Source of the DNA: Mucilaginibacter sp. | GTDB lineage: Bacteria; Bacteroidota; Bacteroidia; Sphingobacteriales; Sphingobacteriaceae | Length of the DNA stretch: 64,000 bases | Direction of reading: 5' to 3' | NCBI RefSeq assembly: GCF_028287845.1 | Contig: NZ_JAQBOW010000005.1 | Span: 393 to 64,392 of the forward strand | In this document: positions 1 to 10,600 of the stretch, in pieces | Layout of the letters: the number at the start of each line of letters is the position of its first letter | How positions within the stretch are numbered: the first letter of the stretch is position 1 | Translations under genes and position numbers: made by a program | The notes under the pieces: generated by a model | What the model was told of the DNA's origin: nothing | Database searches by the model: none | The model's input: the letters and a program-made list of their open reading frames with translations, nothing else

Positions 1-63
1 CTAACGTGGGCCACTGCCTTGTCTGAATCAAGATTGGTAGGATAGACGGGATTAACAGGATTA

Positions 64-118
64 TTTTGCCTTGGTAGTTATTTTCAGGTTGTACATGAAA
101 ACAACTACCAAGGCAAAA
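64..118. terminator. Long hairpin, probable intrinsic terminator downstream of the ester cyclase gene
   Basis: TTTTGCCTTGGTAGTT (64-79) pairs with AACTACCAAGGCAAAA (103-118); the stem extends inward through TTTTCA/TGAAAA. Confidence 0.6.
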
Positions 119-134
119 CCTGCTTTAATCATTT

Positions 135-560
135 TCAGGAAAGCGGTATCTTGCCCAGTTGCTGCATCAATTCCATTGTATCCATCTGTACCCAATTTTC
201 CTTTAGTTTGCCATCCTCAACTTTCCAGATATCAATAAAATGTACATTTACTTTTTTATTTGTCGCTGTAATTCCCATGTAGTCGGCTTTTTGTGTACCT
301 GTCCAGGTGCCACGGGTTACTACTTCATTTCCCGCTTCTCTCATATCTTCTATCTTTATATTGATATCAGGAAATGCCTTAATCATCGCATTCATCCCAT
401 CTTTTAATGACTCTCTGCTATTATTGATATGGGGCTTAGGGTAATCATGGCTAACAAAATCGGTGCTCAGAAGTTGGTCTAATACTTCCGGTTTGTGCAA
501 GTTAATTACCTCGTTGAAAAACCTTTCAACAGGGGCTGTGTTTTTTGATTGTGTTTGCAT
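135..560 (-). CDS. Ester cyclase / SnoaL-like (NTF2-fold) protein
   Basis: 141 aa with the family pattern 'AFPDINIKIEDM..AGNEVVTRGTWTGTQKADYMGITATNKKV....IDIWKVEDGKLKENW'. Confidence 0.85.
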   Translation of the reverse strand: MQTQSKNTAPVERFFNEVINLHKPEVLDQLLSTDFVSHDYPKPHINNSRESLKDGMNAMIKAFPDINIKIEDMREAGNEVVTRGTWTGTQKADYMGITATNKKVNVHFIDIWKVEDGKLKENWVQMDTMELMQQLGKIPLS

Positions 561-993
561 TTTTTTAAAAATTATGGTTAGTGCCTACATTTATTGGGGT
601 AGGCATTTCCTTTAATGTTTTTTGGCCTCGTTGTTTTTATAGCCTACAAATTCTGAATAACTTTATTAGTTGTTGAAAATGCTAATAAGGGCTAAATAAT
701 ACCTAACATTTAAATTGTTTCTTTTCAATAATTTATCTCCTTTCAATTTTTTAGATTTATTTAATAAATTTTATATGCGGTTTGATAGAAAGGTTATTGG
801 CTGAAATAGCGCTATGGTAGGTGTGAGAATGAAAAAACATGAAAGCTTCTCTAATTAAACACAGCTTAAAAGTAATATTGTTTTAAAAATATCCTGATCT
901 TCCTAATAATTTCAGAGCGGGATAGTCACGTTTTGAGTCCATTTTCAAGTCGAAAATCTTTGCTTTTTTGTTTTAGAATGGAGCAAGATGTGG

Positions 994-1052
994 CTGACCT
1001 ACCTGATCTACCCTGACCTACCTGATCTGACCTACCTGACCTACCCTGACCT
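994..1052 (+). repeat. Degenerate 9-10 bp tandem repeat (CTGACCTAC/CCTGACCTAC)
   Basis: About six units visible at 994-1052. The repeat continues degenerately at 1260-1290 on the far side of the inserted element. Confidence 0.85.
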
Positions 1053-1259
1053 CAATGTCATTAAGTTAAGAGAAACCCCATCGGGGTTCAAGGTCGGTAG
1101 AAGAATAAATACCAAAGAAATGCCCGTGCCGTCAGGTACGAAACCTCGCCGATGTTGCGTACCTGACGGCACGCCAAATAATTTATATGATATTTTCTAC
1201 CGACATTTTGCCCCTACGGCGCATTTTTTAAAATGATCTCTCTTAACTTAATGACATTG
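1053..1259. mobile_element. Non-autonomous MITE/REPIN-like element, 207 bp
   Basis: Perfect terminal inverted repeat CAATGTCATTAAGTTAAGAGA (1053-1073) / TCTCTTAACTTAATGACATTG (1239-1259). Nested IRs: GTCGGTAGAA (1093-1102) / TTCTACCGAC (1195-1204) and CGTGCCGTCAGGTACG (1125-1140) / CGTACCTGACGGCACG (1158-1173). No transposase. Confidence 0.7.
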
Positions 1260-1377
1260 ACCCTGGCCTACCATTGACCTACCTTGAACCACTTGCCTGT
1301 ACTTTTTGCATTACCCGGCGTTTATCAAATAAGCAGCCTGCGGCGAAGCGTGCCGGTAGCTAACCTCTGGAAAACTC

Positions 1378-3975
1378 CTATTTATTTTCAAGAGTTACTA
1401 TTTGCCCTGACCGTCCCGCAGGGTTAAATAAACCTATTTTTAAGTGCCCGGTTTTGACAGAATCTTTAAAAACAGCGCTTTTTAGGGTTGGTGTTTTACC
1501 GTCGGTAGTATAATGAATTTCAAAACCGGGCAAACCGGAGTTTGCAATGATATGGCCGTTGGCCCTATTTACGCCCGCACTTGGTATGCGATAATTAAAC
1601 CCGCCCGCGTAATAGGTTAAGCGGGGAAGTTCACGCTGGCCTAATATATTTACAAATCTCGCCCAGCTATCATCATACAAGACGCTGTTAATTGTATCAG
1701 CTGCTGTTGCCCAGGCAGGCTCCCTGGCCCATGCCCGTTCTGCTAATCCCAATAATTTGGGCAATAACATATATTCCATTTTTGCGGCGCTGTGTAAATT
1801 CTCGCCCCACAGAGCTCCCTGCAAACCGATAATATTATTTTTTCCTGCAGCGGTTAATTTTTCTTTATTTAAAAAAAACAATGGGTTTACTGTATTACCC
1901 ATCCTATCTTTTGCCGGGTTTTTAAAATAATCATAAGGTATAAAGCGGAATGAACTAGCTACATCCGAATACCCTCCCCAATAATAGCCGGGCTCATCAA
2001 ACGCTTTCACATAGGCAAGGTCAAAATAAAGATTGGTCACACATGATAATATAACTTTGTAACCCCGGTTGGCCAATTTATAAGCCAGATCCTCTGAACC
2101 CCAACCCAATACATTGTTCCACACTTCCAGGTGTACGTTTTTATCCGTCAGCTCTGTATCAATAACACTTGTCATTTTGCCGTTTTGCACAATTTTGTTT
2201 GAGCCCGCTTCTTCCCATGCGGTGAGATATAAACCATTTGCGTTTAACATATGAACTATTTTGCGGTAATAATAGGGCCATAAGTCATCCGTACGTTTTA
2301 TCGCTGTATCAGCTTTCTTTAATCTGAAAAAAGCCGGCGATCTTTCCCATACACCGGCGGGTACTTCATCACCGCCGAAATGTATGGTTTGGAGCGGGGC
2401 TCGTGCTGCGGCATACATTTCTTTTATCTCCCGCGTAACTATTTCCATAAAATTATACGTTGATGGTAAGGAAACATCAATCACATTATCGTTCCAATAC
2501 TGTACAGAAGTATATTTCGAGCTATCCATCCTGTCATGCAGCAAGTATTGGTTTGCCTGCACCATTTTACCCTGCCTGGCATAGCGATTATATCGCGCAT
2601 CCATTGCCTTTATTGCAGCACGTGCATGTCCCGGGCTTTCAATTTCAGGAATGATTTTTATATGCCTCGCGGTAGCGTATTTCAACAGCTCAATAAAATC
2701 GGCCTTAGTGTAAAATCCACTACCTGAACGGTTACTAGTGAAAGGACCGGATCCGAATGACGGCTGCAACTTTTGGTTATTATCAAGTGTATGGCCTCTT
2801 TTAGCTCCAATGGCTGTCAGCTCAGGCAGGGCAGGTATTTCCAGCCTCCAACCTTCGTCATCAGTAAGGTGAAAGTGGAGTACGTTCAATTTATACAAAC
2901 CCATCAGGTCAAGCAGTTTTAGTAGTTGCTTTTTAGACTGAAAGTTGCGCGCCACATCTATCATAACGGCCCTGTAACCAAAGCGCGGTTGATCAGCAAC
3001 TTTCACCCCTTGTATACGGATAACTTTTTGGGCGCTGCCGTAGGCCAACGGCGATATCAATGTTTTAAGTGATTGCAACCCATAAAAAATACCAGCGCCT
3101 GATGCTGCTGCGATCGTTATTCGATTATTGGTTATTTCCAGTTCATAAGCCTCTTCCGGCATTTGTTTTTTTACCAGGTTTATGGTATTTTTTGATGGGG
3201 TAACCGTAGGTAACAATAACCTGGCTAGCTCCTCTTTTAAATACAAGGCTTCTGCTTTAAACCGGGCATCGGCAATTACCTTAACGCCTCTGTCCAACTT
3301 GAATTTAACAGCACTTAGCTGATATGTTTGGGGTGTCGGGAATATTTTTATCAAACTATCAGCGGGTATATAGGGGATGGTTTTGTTTTGTTCAAATACT
3401 AATTGAGGTGTGCTTACTTCAATTTTATCTAAAGGCGAACGTAAAAATTGTCCTGGCCCGGTAGATGGTTTTAAAATAACAGGCCTTATAGCATAATACC
3501 TGGTCGGGGTATTGTCCCATATCAAATAAAACCCTTCCGGAGCATCTGTTTTATTAATTAGCCAGTTGGATGCCACGAACCGGATTTTTAATGAATCATT
3601 TTTATTGATTCCTTTGAAATCTGTTGTAGGCGAAAGGTAAAAAAGATCGCCGTTAACAGGAGTAATATTGACATTGCCTGTTGAAGAAAGTGGAACAACC
3701 GGCGCTGCAAAATTGAAATACAATTTCCAGCCTTTTGCCGGTAACGCAAATTGATGCCGCGTAATCAGGGTCAGTTCTGAAAGAGATTGTGCTTTATTCC
3801 CATAATTATTTTCAATTACCCCCCATTTAATACTCAGATCTACGGCTCTTACTTGGGCAAAAGCGTTAACTGTTAACAGCGTGGCCAGTAAAATTAAAGA
3901 GCTGATACGGCCTGTACCACAGGCCCGCACCCGGTAACGCGGCCATATCGCTATAATCATTAGCTTAAAATTCAT
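1378..3975 (-). CDS. GH20 beta-N-acetylhexosaminidase (chitobiase-type, N-terminal CHB_HEX domain)
   Basis: Motifs 'PRFGYRAVMIDVARNF', 'HFHLTDDEGWRLEI', catalytic 'HFGGDEV', 'GLQGALWGE'. Start set at ATG 3975 (or 3960), overlapping the nagB stop; the ORF-track start at 4137 is probably an over-extension. Confidence 0.93.
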   Translation of the reverse strand: MNFKLMIIAIWPRYRVRACGTGRISSLILLATLLTVNAFAQVRAVDLSIKWGVIENNYGNKAQSLSELTLITRHQFALPAKGWKLYFNFAAPVVPLSSTGNVNITPVNGDLFYLSPTTDFKGINKNDSLKIRFVASNWLINKTDAPEGFYLIWDNTPTRYYAIRPVILKPSTGPGQFLRSPLDKIEVSTPQLVFEQNKTIPYIPADSLIKIFPTPQTYQLSAVKFKLDRGVKVIADARFKAEALYLKEELARLLLPTVTPSKNTINLVKKQMPEEAYELEITNNRITIAAASGAGIFYGLQSLKTLISPLAYGSAQKVIRIQGVKVADQPRFGYRAVMIDVARNFQSKKQLLKLLDLMGLYKLNVLHFHLTDDEGWRLEIPALPELTAIGAKRGHTLDNNQKLQPSFGSGPFTSNRSGSGFYTKADFIELLKYATARHIKIIPEIESPGHARAAIKAMDARYNRYARQGKMVQANQYLLHDRMDSSKYTSVQYWNDNVIDVSLPSTYNFMEIVTREIKEMYAAARAPLQTIHFGGDEVPAGVWERSPAFFRLKKADTAIKRTDDLWPYYYRKIVHMLNANGLYLTAWEEAGSNKIVQNGKMTSVIDTELTDKNVHLEVWNNVLGWGSEDLAYKLANRGYKVILSCVTNLYFDLAYVKAFDEPGYYWGGYSDVASSFRFIPYDYFKNPAKDRMGNTVNPLFFLNKEKLTAAGKNNIIGLQGALWGENLHSAAKMEYMLLPKLLGLAERAWAREPAWATAADTINSVLYDDSWARFVNILGQRELPRLTYYAGGFNYRIPSAGVNRANGHIIANSGLPGFEIHYTTDGKTPTLKSAVFKDSVKTGHLKIGLFNPAGRSGQIVTLENK

Positions 3976-5884
3976 AGCGCACAAAAGCCTCCATCGCTTC
4001 ATACTCGGCCAGACCCAGCTGGTCATAACAATGTGCTGTTTCCCGGTTCCGGTCACCGGCCCTGACCCAAAACTCGCGGGCATCCTCGCCAGGAAAGACC
4101 GGCCTGTCTTTTTGCGACTGATGCTTGAAAATAGCATTGCGTTTGCTGATTACTTGCTGCGGAGATAAAGGCACGGCCATCTCAATTTCATAAGTAGCAA
4201 ATTCATGCCATGCGCCTCTATACAGCCATAGCCAGCAATCTCTCACCCAATCTTCGGTTTCTTTTAAACGGTTCAATGCAGCAAGCAGAATATGAAAACA
4301 TGCCACGTGTGTTCCGTGTGGGTCGGCAAAATCGCCGGCTGCAAATATTTGATGTGGTTTTACCTGCTGTAACAGTTCTATCGTTAATTTTATATCTGCC
4401 TCACCTGCTGTATCTTTCCTGGTTTTGCCGGTTTCATAAAAAGGCAGCGCCATAAAATGAATATGATCATCTGGTAAACCTGCATAACGCGCTGCAGATA
4501 TTGCTTCGCTTTTTCGAATAAATCCTTTAACCTCACGTATTTCGGCAGTATCAATTTGATTTGGTAACTTACCTGCAAAGAATTGACGCATATCGTTATA
4601 AATACCCGTCAGCCTATTATGATCATCGCCTATACTTTTATTAAAATCAATTGCAAACTCCATATAACGCAACACATCGTCATCCCAAACCGCAGTATTT
4701 CCTGAAGTTTGATAGGCTACATGCACCTCATGTCCCTGATCAACCAAACGGATAAATGTGCCGCCCATTGATATAACATCATCATCCGGGTGAGGCGAAA
4801 ATATGATCACTTTTTTAACCGGAGGCTCGGCCCTTTCCGGTCGTTGCGAATCATCAGCATCCGGCTTGCCGCCGGGCCAGCCGGTAATGGTATGCTGTAC
4901 CCGGTTAAAAATATCAATATTAATATTATAAACGGGGCCTTGCTGCACGGCCAGCTGCGCCATGCCATGATTGTTATAATCCTCTTCGGTAAGCTTTAGT
5001 ATGGGTTTACCAAGCGTATCAGCGAGCCAAATAATTGCTTTCTTTTTAAGCCTGTTCGTCCACTCACAATCTTTAACCAGCCAGGGTGTATCAAAACGTG
5101 TAAGTGCAGTTGCCGCGCCCTCATCTAAAATAATCTCTACATGGTCTGATAGCTGGAGATAGGTAGCCGGCACTATGCCGGATATTTCGCCTTCAACTGC
5201 TTTTTTAATAATATCAGCTTTCTTTTGGTTCCAGGCCATCAAAATAATCTCGCGGGCTTTAAATATGGTGCCAATACCCATGGTAATCGCTTTATCCGGC
5301 ACATTCTCTTTGCCACCAAAATCCCGCGAAGCGTCGCTTCGGGTAAGGTCATCCAAAGTAACCAGGCGCGTGCCTGAATTAGGTGCAGACCCCGGCTCAT
5401 TAAAGCCGATGTGCCCGGTACGGCCAATACCCAAAATCTGGATATCAATACCATCCAACGCAGTAATTTTCTGCTCATACGTTAGGCAAAATTGGGCAAT
5501 TTCGTTTTGTGGTAAAGTTCCATCCGGGATATGAATATTCTCCTTGTCAATATCAATATGGTTAAACAAGTTCTCGTTCATAAAGGTCACATAGCTTTGC
5601 GCGGCTGTAGGCTTCATGGGGTAATACTCGTCCAGGTTAAAGGTGATCACATTTTTAAAGCTTAAACCTTCTTCGCGATGCATACGCACTAACTCCGCAT
5701 AAACACCAACAGGGGTTACCCCTGTTGCTAGGCCCAATACAGCGGGCTCACTATTTTCTTGTTTATTGATGATAATTTTGGCTATACGCTTAGCCACTTG
5801 TATAGCGGCTATATTCTGATCAGGATATACTGTTACGGTTAGTTTTTCGTAGCGGGTTTCTTCTAGTAGATTTAGTTTGGGCAT
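3965..5884 (-). CDS. nagB: Glucosamine-6-phosphate deaminase, long Bacteroidota form fused to a C-terminal PIG-L/LmbE-like domain
   Basis: 'VLGLATGVTP', 'TFNLDEYYP', 'ILGIGRTGHIGFNEPGS', 'AITMGIGTI'; C-terminal 'IFSPHPDDDVISMGGT' and 'DPHGTH'. Likely start MPKLNL at 5884. Confidence 0.92.
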   Translation of the reverse strand: MPKLNLLEETRYEKLTVTVYPDQNIAAIQVAKRIAKIIINKQENSEPAVLGLATGVTPVGVYAELVRMHREEGLSFKNVITFNLDEYYPMKPTAAQSYVTFMNENLFNHIDIDKENIHIPDGTLPQNEIAQFCLTYEQKITALDGIDIQILGIGRTGHIGFNEPGSAPNSGTRLVTLDDLTRSDASRDFGGKENVPDKAITMGIGTIFKAREIILMAWNQKKADIIKKAVEGEISGIVPATYLQLSDHVEIILDEGAATALTRFDTPWLVKDCEWTNRLKKKAIIWLADTLGKPILKLTEEDYNNHGMAQLAVQQGPVYNINIDIFNRVQHTITGWPGGKPDADDSQRPERAEPPVKKVIIFSPHPDDDVISMGGTFIRLVDQGHEVHVAYQTSGNTAVWDDDVLRYMEFAIDFNKSIGDDHNRLTGIYNDMRQFFAGKLPNQIDTAEIREVKGFIRKSEAISAARYAGLPDDHIHFMALPFYETGKTRKDTAGEADIKLTIELLQQVKPHQIFAAGDFADPHGTHVACFHILLAALNRLKETEDWVRDCWLWLYRGAWHEFATYEIEMAVPLSPQQVISKRNAIFKHQSQKDRPVFPGEDAREFWVRAGDRNRETAHCYDQLGLAEYEAMEAFVRYEF

Positions 5885-5928
5885 AGTAATATAAGGCAAT
5901 TAAATTTTTATGGTAAAATTAACAGAGT

Positions 5929-5958
5929 TAAAACCCCCGCCAGGCGGCAGGGGTTTTA
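5929..5958 (-). terminator. Intrinsic terminator between susD and nagB
   Basis: Minus-strand stem CCCCTGCC/GGCGGGGG (T.G wobble valid on this strand) followed by TTTT. Confidence 0.7.
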
Positions 5959-5967
5959 ATAAATCAA

Positions 5968-7578
5968 CTATTGGGCATCCCACCAAACACGGGATGTCAA
6001 AAGATCGCCGCCGACTACAGCATTATGCGCTGCATTATAATTGACGGTGTTATTTCCGGCCTCGGTTAGCGGATAAGGGAACCGGCGCGGAATAGTACCA
6101 CCGGTATTATTACCCGGATAATTTACAGGAGTTAAAACAGGAAAACCCGATCTTCTCCAGTTTGACCATGATTCATAAAAATCAAGCATTGTATTGGTAA
6201 GCGCCCAGTACTGGGTATTTATCATTTGTAAACCCGTAGCCGGCACATAAGGGTGGGCAATTACATAAGCTTCAGCGCTCGCAACAGTAACTGCTGCTGC
6301 CGGATCATATTCGCTTAAATAAGTCATCGCTGCTACCATGCCGTCATGATAATGGGTTGCAGCGCTACCGGCTATACCAAAACGCTCTGCAGCATCGGCC
6401 AACAACAATTCAGACTCGCCATAAGTAAGTACGAAGGTTGGACCGTTCCTTTTTATTAAAGCCGGGCTTGGTGATGAGTAATCTGTAAATGCCGTGAAGC
6501 TTGGGTCCTGGCGCACATCCTGGGCGGCTATACCGCTTAGGTCTTTACCATTAGGCATACCTTTTTGTATTGCAGCGTTAGAGTTAGCAGCAGGATTTTG
6601 ATCTTTAGTAACATCAGTTACATATAAATTAGTTACGGCTATTTTTGATAAACGCGGATCATTATTGGTCTTTAAAAAATCAATAAAAGTTTTTGACCAC
6701 CGGGTATAAAAGTTTTCCTGGCCGCCGTCGCCTAAAAGTATCTGGCTGTTACGGTTAACTGTAGTTCTGCCACCTGTGGCATCGCCCAGTAAAAAGGCAT
6801 CATCTGCATTACTGGTCATGGTATTTCCAATAGCTTTTGCTACATAAATTTTAGCCGTAGCCGGATCAACTTTGCTTAAACGCATAGCTACGCGTAACAA
6901 TAGGGTATTACCAAATTTTTTCCATTTGGCAATGTCGCCATTATAGTATTTATCTCCTGTTGGTTTATCAGCAGCAGGATCCAGTTGTGCTGTAGCATCT
7001 GCTATTTCCGTTAGCAGGTCTGTATAAATGGCCTGTTGCTTATCATACACCGGAAAATATGTTTTAGTATAATAACCTACACCGGCTTGCGTGTACGGCA
7101 CATCGCCATATAGATCTGTAATACGTTCAAAAATAAGCGCCTTCATTATACGGGCCATATTGTGCAGATTTTTATATTGTGCCTTACCTGTTGTTGATTG
7201 TACAATATCAACTATTGGCCTTACCTGTTCAGGGTAAGCGCCGTCACCCCCTGTTGGTGTTGTACCAGAGAATCCCCAATAAGCTGCAGTATAACCAGAG
7301 TTGAGTATATATTTATCCCCGGCCCAGTAACCAATAACGGTTGATAATCCCTGAATCATGGTGGAACAATAAATTAAATTTGCCCTCCAGGTATCATAAC
7401 TAAAATCTGTACTGCCCGAGTAACCCAACTGGGCACTGGTTAGCAAATAATTAGGATCAAAAGTAGATTGATTATAGGTGGCCGGGTTCGTATTAATTTT
7501 TTCAAAATCCTTTCTACAGCTCGTTGAAAAAATTATGCCCGCCAAAGCTAACAAAGCGTATTTAAATATCTTTTTCAT
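5968..7578 (-). CDS. SusD/RagB-family outer-membrane lipoprotein
   Basis: Lipobox 'FSTSCRKDF', 'ITDLYGDVPY', 'WSNWRRSGFP', 'IPRRFPYP', C-terminal 'RVWWD'; lies directly downstream of SusC. Confidence 0.93.
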   Translation of the reverse strand: MKKIFKYALLALAGIIFSTSCRKDFEKINTNPATYNQSTFDPNYLLTSAQLGYSGSTDFSYDTWRANLIYCSTMIQGLSTVIGYWAGDKYILNSGYTAAYWGFSGTTPTGGDGAYPEQVRPIVDIVQSTTGKAQYKNLHNMARIMKALIFERITDLYGDVPYTQAGVGYYTKTYFPVYDKQQAIYTDLLTEIADATAQLDPAADKPTGDKYYNGDIAKWKKFGNTLLLRVAMRLSKVDPATAKIYVAKAIGNTMTSNADDAFLLGDATGGRTTVNRNSQILLGDGGQENFYTRWSKTFIDFLKTNNDPRLSKIAVTNLYVTDVTKDQNPAANSNAAIQKGMPNGKDLSGIAAQDVRQDPSFTAFTDYSSPSPALIKRNGPTFVLTYGESELLLADAAERFGIAGSAATHYHDGMVAAMTYLSEYDPAAAVTVASAEAYVIAHPYVPATGLQMINTQYWALTNTMLDFYESWSNWRRSGFPVLTPVNYPGNNTGGTIPRRFPYPLTEAGNNTVNYNAAHNAVVGGDLLTSRVWWDAQ

Positions 7579-7604
7579 CTTAATAAGATTAGTAGTGGTT
7601 AATA

Positions 7605-10600
7605 TTAGAATTTAACATTAAGGTTCAAACCATAGGTCCTGGTTGCAGGTACACCACCTAGTTCAAGGCCTTGCGCATTAAAACTGTAATCAGATTCCGG
7701 ATCAATGTTATCCGTTCTTTTAAGCAAGTAAAATAAATTACGTGCTACCAGGCTTATTGATGCTGATTTAACAGCACCATGGAACAAATTTGCCGGTAAG
7801 CTATACCCAAGTGTTGCCTGACGCAGTTTAATAAAGGTGGCATCCTGAACAAATAAGCCGGATACATTATTTGCAAGTGTTTGATAATAAGTAGCTGCCT
7901 GTGTACCCAGTGCATCACGATTAACCAATGTAGCCTGATGCAGACCTAAAAAATAACCATAGTAATCTGTCGCAGAGAATAATTTTCCGCCAAATTTACC
8001 GTCGATCAGGAATGACAGTGTGAATTTCTTATAAGAGAATTCGTTGCTCCAGCCCGCAACCCATTTAGCATAGGCAGAGCCATAGGCTCTCAGGTCGCCT
8101 TGTACCGGTACGTTATTTGCATCCTTAAGAATATTGCCGCCGGCATCGCGCTTGTAATCAAAGGCCATGACCTGATTCACCGGCAGGCCCACAATATCCT
8201 GCGTAAAACCGTTGCCTGTGCGTGAGGTAGCCCCCGGCAATGAAGTTTGGCCGGCTGCTAAAGCAATAACCTTGTTATTATTGATGGATCCGTTAAGTGA
8301 GGTTGTCCAATAAAAGCTGGTTGATTTAAGTGGCCTGCCGGATATTAACACCTCAACACCCCTGTTTTGTAATTTACCAATGTTTAATATAGCACCTCCA
8401 TAACCTGAAGTAATTGATGCCGGGGCAGCAACAATCTCATCTTTTGAATTTTTGTTATACCAGGTGACATCTAAACTTAAACGATCGTTAAAGAAACGTA
8501 GTTCGGTACCAATTTCAAGCTCTGTCGCCAACGAGGCTACCAAACTACTGTTGGGAATATTTACATTGGCAATTACACCAAGCGGACTGCCGTTTAATAA
8601 TGAGTTAAAGTTATAGCCCAGCTGGGTCTGGTAGGGATTGGTAGCTTGCCCCACTTGTGCAAAGCCTGCACGCAGTTTACCAAAGCTTAACCAATCGTTA
8701 TGTACAAATTCTGTGAATACAAATGATCCATTTACTGATGGGTAAAATTTATTTAAAGGATTATTTATTCCCGGTGTTGCCAGCGTAGAATACCAGTCAT
8801 TACGTGCCGATCCGGTAAGGTACAGGTAGTTTTTATAAGCCAGCTCCAGGGTACCGTATAATGATTGTACTTCCAGATCAGAAGGGGTATAGGTGGTAGG
8901 ATTTGCCTGGCCTATATTTGATATGACGTAAACGCCAGGAACAATAAAGTTATTACCGCCCATTAAAAACGACTCTGATTTTGTACGCCTGTAACTTCCG
9001 CCGATATTAGGAGTTAACGTAAAATCCTGTATTTTGAATGTTTTTCCAAATAATACATCGGTGTTCAGGTCAGAAAAATTAGTGGTGGTTTCTCCTAACG
9101 TGCCCAATGGACGATACGCTGTTCCGGTAGGTACAACAGCGGTATATCGGTCATTATAAGCATCTCTGCCGGCGCGTGCCTGTATAAAATAACCATTATC
9201 AAAGCTATAACGTAAAGTAGCTGATGATATTAACCTTTCTCTATTGGTATTATTAATGAAGTTATTTGCAGCAAACCATGGGTTTGTTGCAAACGTATTG
9301 CCTGAATAACTATACTCACTGCCATCAGCATTAATTGTTTTTTTCAAAACATTCACATCAACGCTTGTAGGCAATAAGGTAACGTTAAAATTAGAGTTAC
9401 CCGGCCCGTCACTTAAAAACGGCCTGTTATGCGCTTGTTCAAGTATATAATTATTACGCACATCAACTGTTAATTGCTTAGTAATATTATAGTTAGCCGT
9501 TAAGTTGAATGTTTGCCTGTTTAAGCCGGAATTAGGCGTAATGGCCCTGTTGGTCAGATCACTGGCCGAAAAACGGATCGATCCGCCGTCAAAACTCCTG
9601 TTTAAGGCAATGGTGTTTGTTGCCGTTCCGCCGGTGCGGTAAAAATTCTTTATATTATTTCGTTGTGCAATGTAGGGACGTGAAACGCCGTCAAATTGTA
9701 CAACATTAGTTCCATCTAATCTTCCGCCCCAGCTTGACTGGCCCGATTGAAAAGCTGTAGTAACATCGGCGGGTTTAATATTATTCGCACCCTGGCCATA
9801 CACATATTGCCAGTTGGTTGAATTGATAACAGACTCGGCAACGTAATTGGAGTTAAACTCAATGCTGTTGCCTTTACCGCTTTTGGTGGTGATCAAAATC
9901 ACACCTGCTTTACCGCGATAACCATACAATGCAGAAGCTGCAGCTCCTTTTAATACGGATATGGATTCAATATCATCCGGGTTAATATTACCAATGGCAT
10001 CACCTAAATCGGGCTGGTTATCATATTGGGTACCCATAGCACTGTTTGGATTGTTTTCCATAGGCACGCCATTAATTACATATAATGGCTGCGATGTTTG
10101 GGTTAAACTTGACACACCACGAATAATAACGTTTGATGATGACCCCGGACCGCCGGCTGTACCGCTGACATTCAATCCGGCAACTTTGCCTTCTAAAGAG
10201 TTCATCAGGTTTGGCTCCCGTGCCTGGGTAAGCTCATCGCCTTTAATTTCTGTGATAGAATAGCCTAATGCTTTTCTTTCTTTTTTTATACCTAAAGCGG
10301 TCACTACAACTTCACTAAGTTGTTTAGAATCTTCATCCAGTAATATGCTCATTGGAGCCGGTGAGGTAATGATAACTTCCTTTGTTATATAGCCAACATA
10401 ACTAAATGCCAGTACATCACCAATATTAGCATCAATGGTAAACTGCCCGTTTTCGTTAGTTTGCGTACCCGTTTGTGTGCCTTTTAATAAAACAGTTACC
10501 CCAATAATCGGCTGTCCGCTTGCATCGCGCACAGCACCACTTATTTTAATGGTGGATTTTACTTCGGGGTTGGCTAATGTAAGTACGGGCATACTCCCTG

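Noticed and set aside
988-1236. 82-aa ORF on the + strand
   Set aside because: It is just the translation of the tandem repeat plus the TIR element (LTYLIYPDLPDLTY...); no protein-like features.
994-1290. Possible CRISPR-like array
   Set aside because: Units are 9-10 bp with no unique spacers, and there are no cas genes in the window.
3965-4137. Apparent 173-bp overlap between GH20 and nagB
   Set aside because: ORF-caller extension. A signal-peptide-compatible start at 3975 or 3960 gives an ordinary short overlap.
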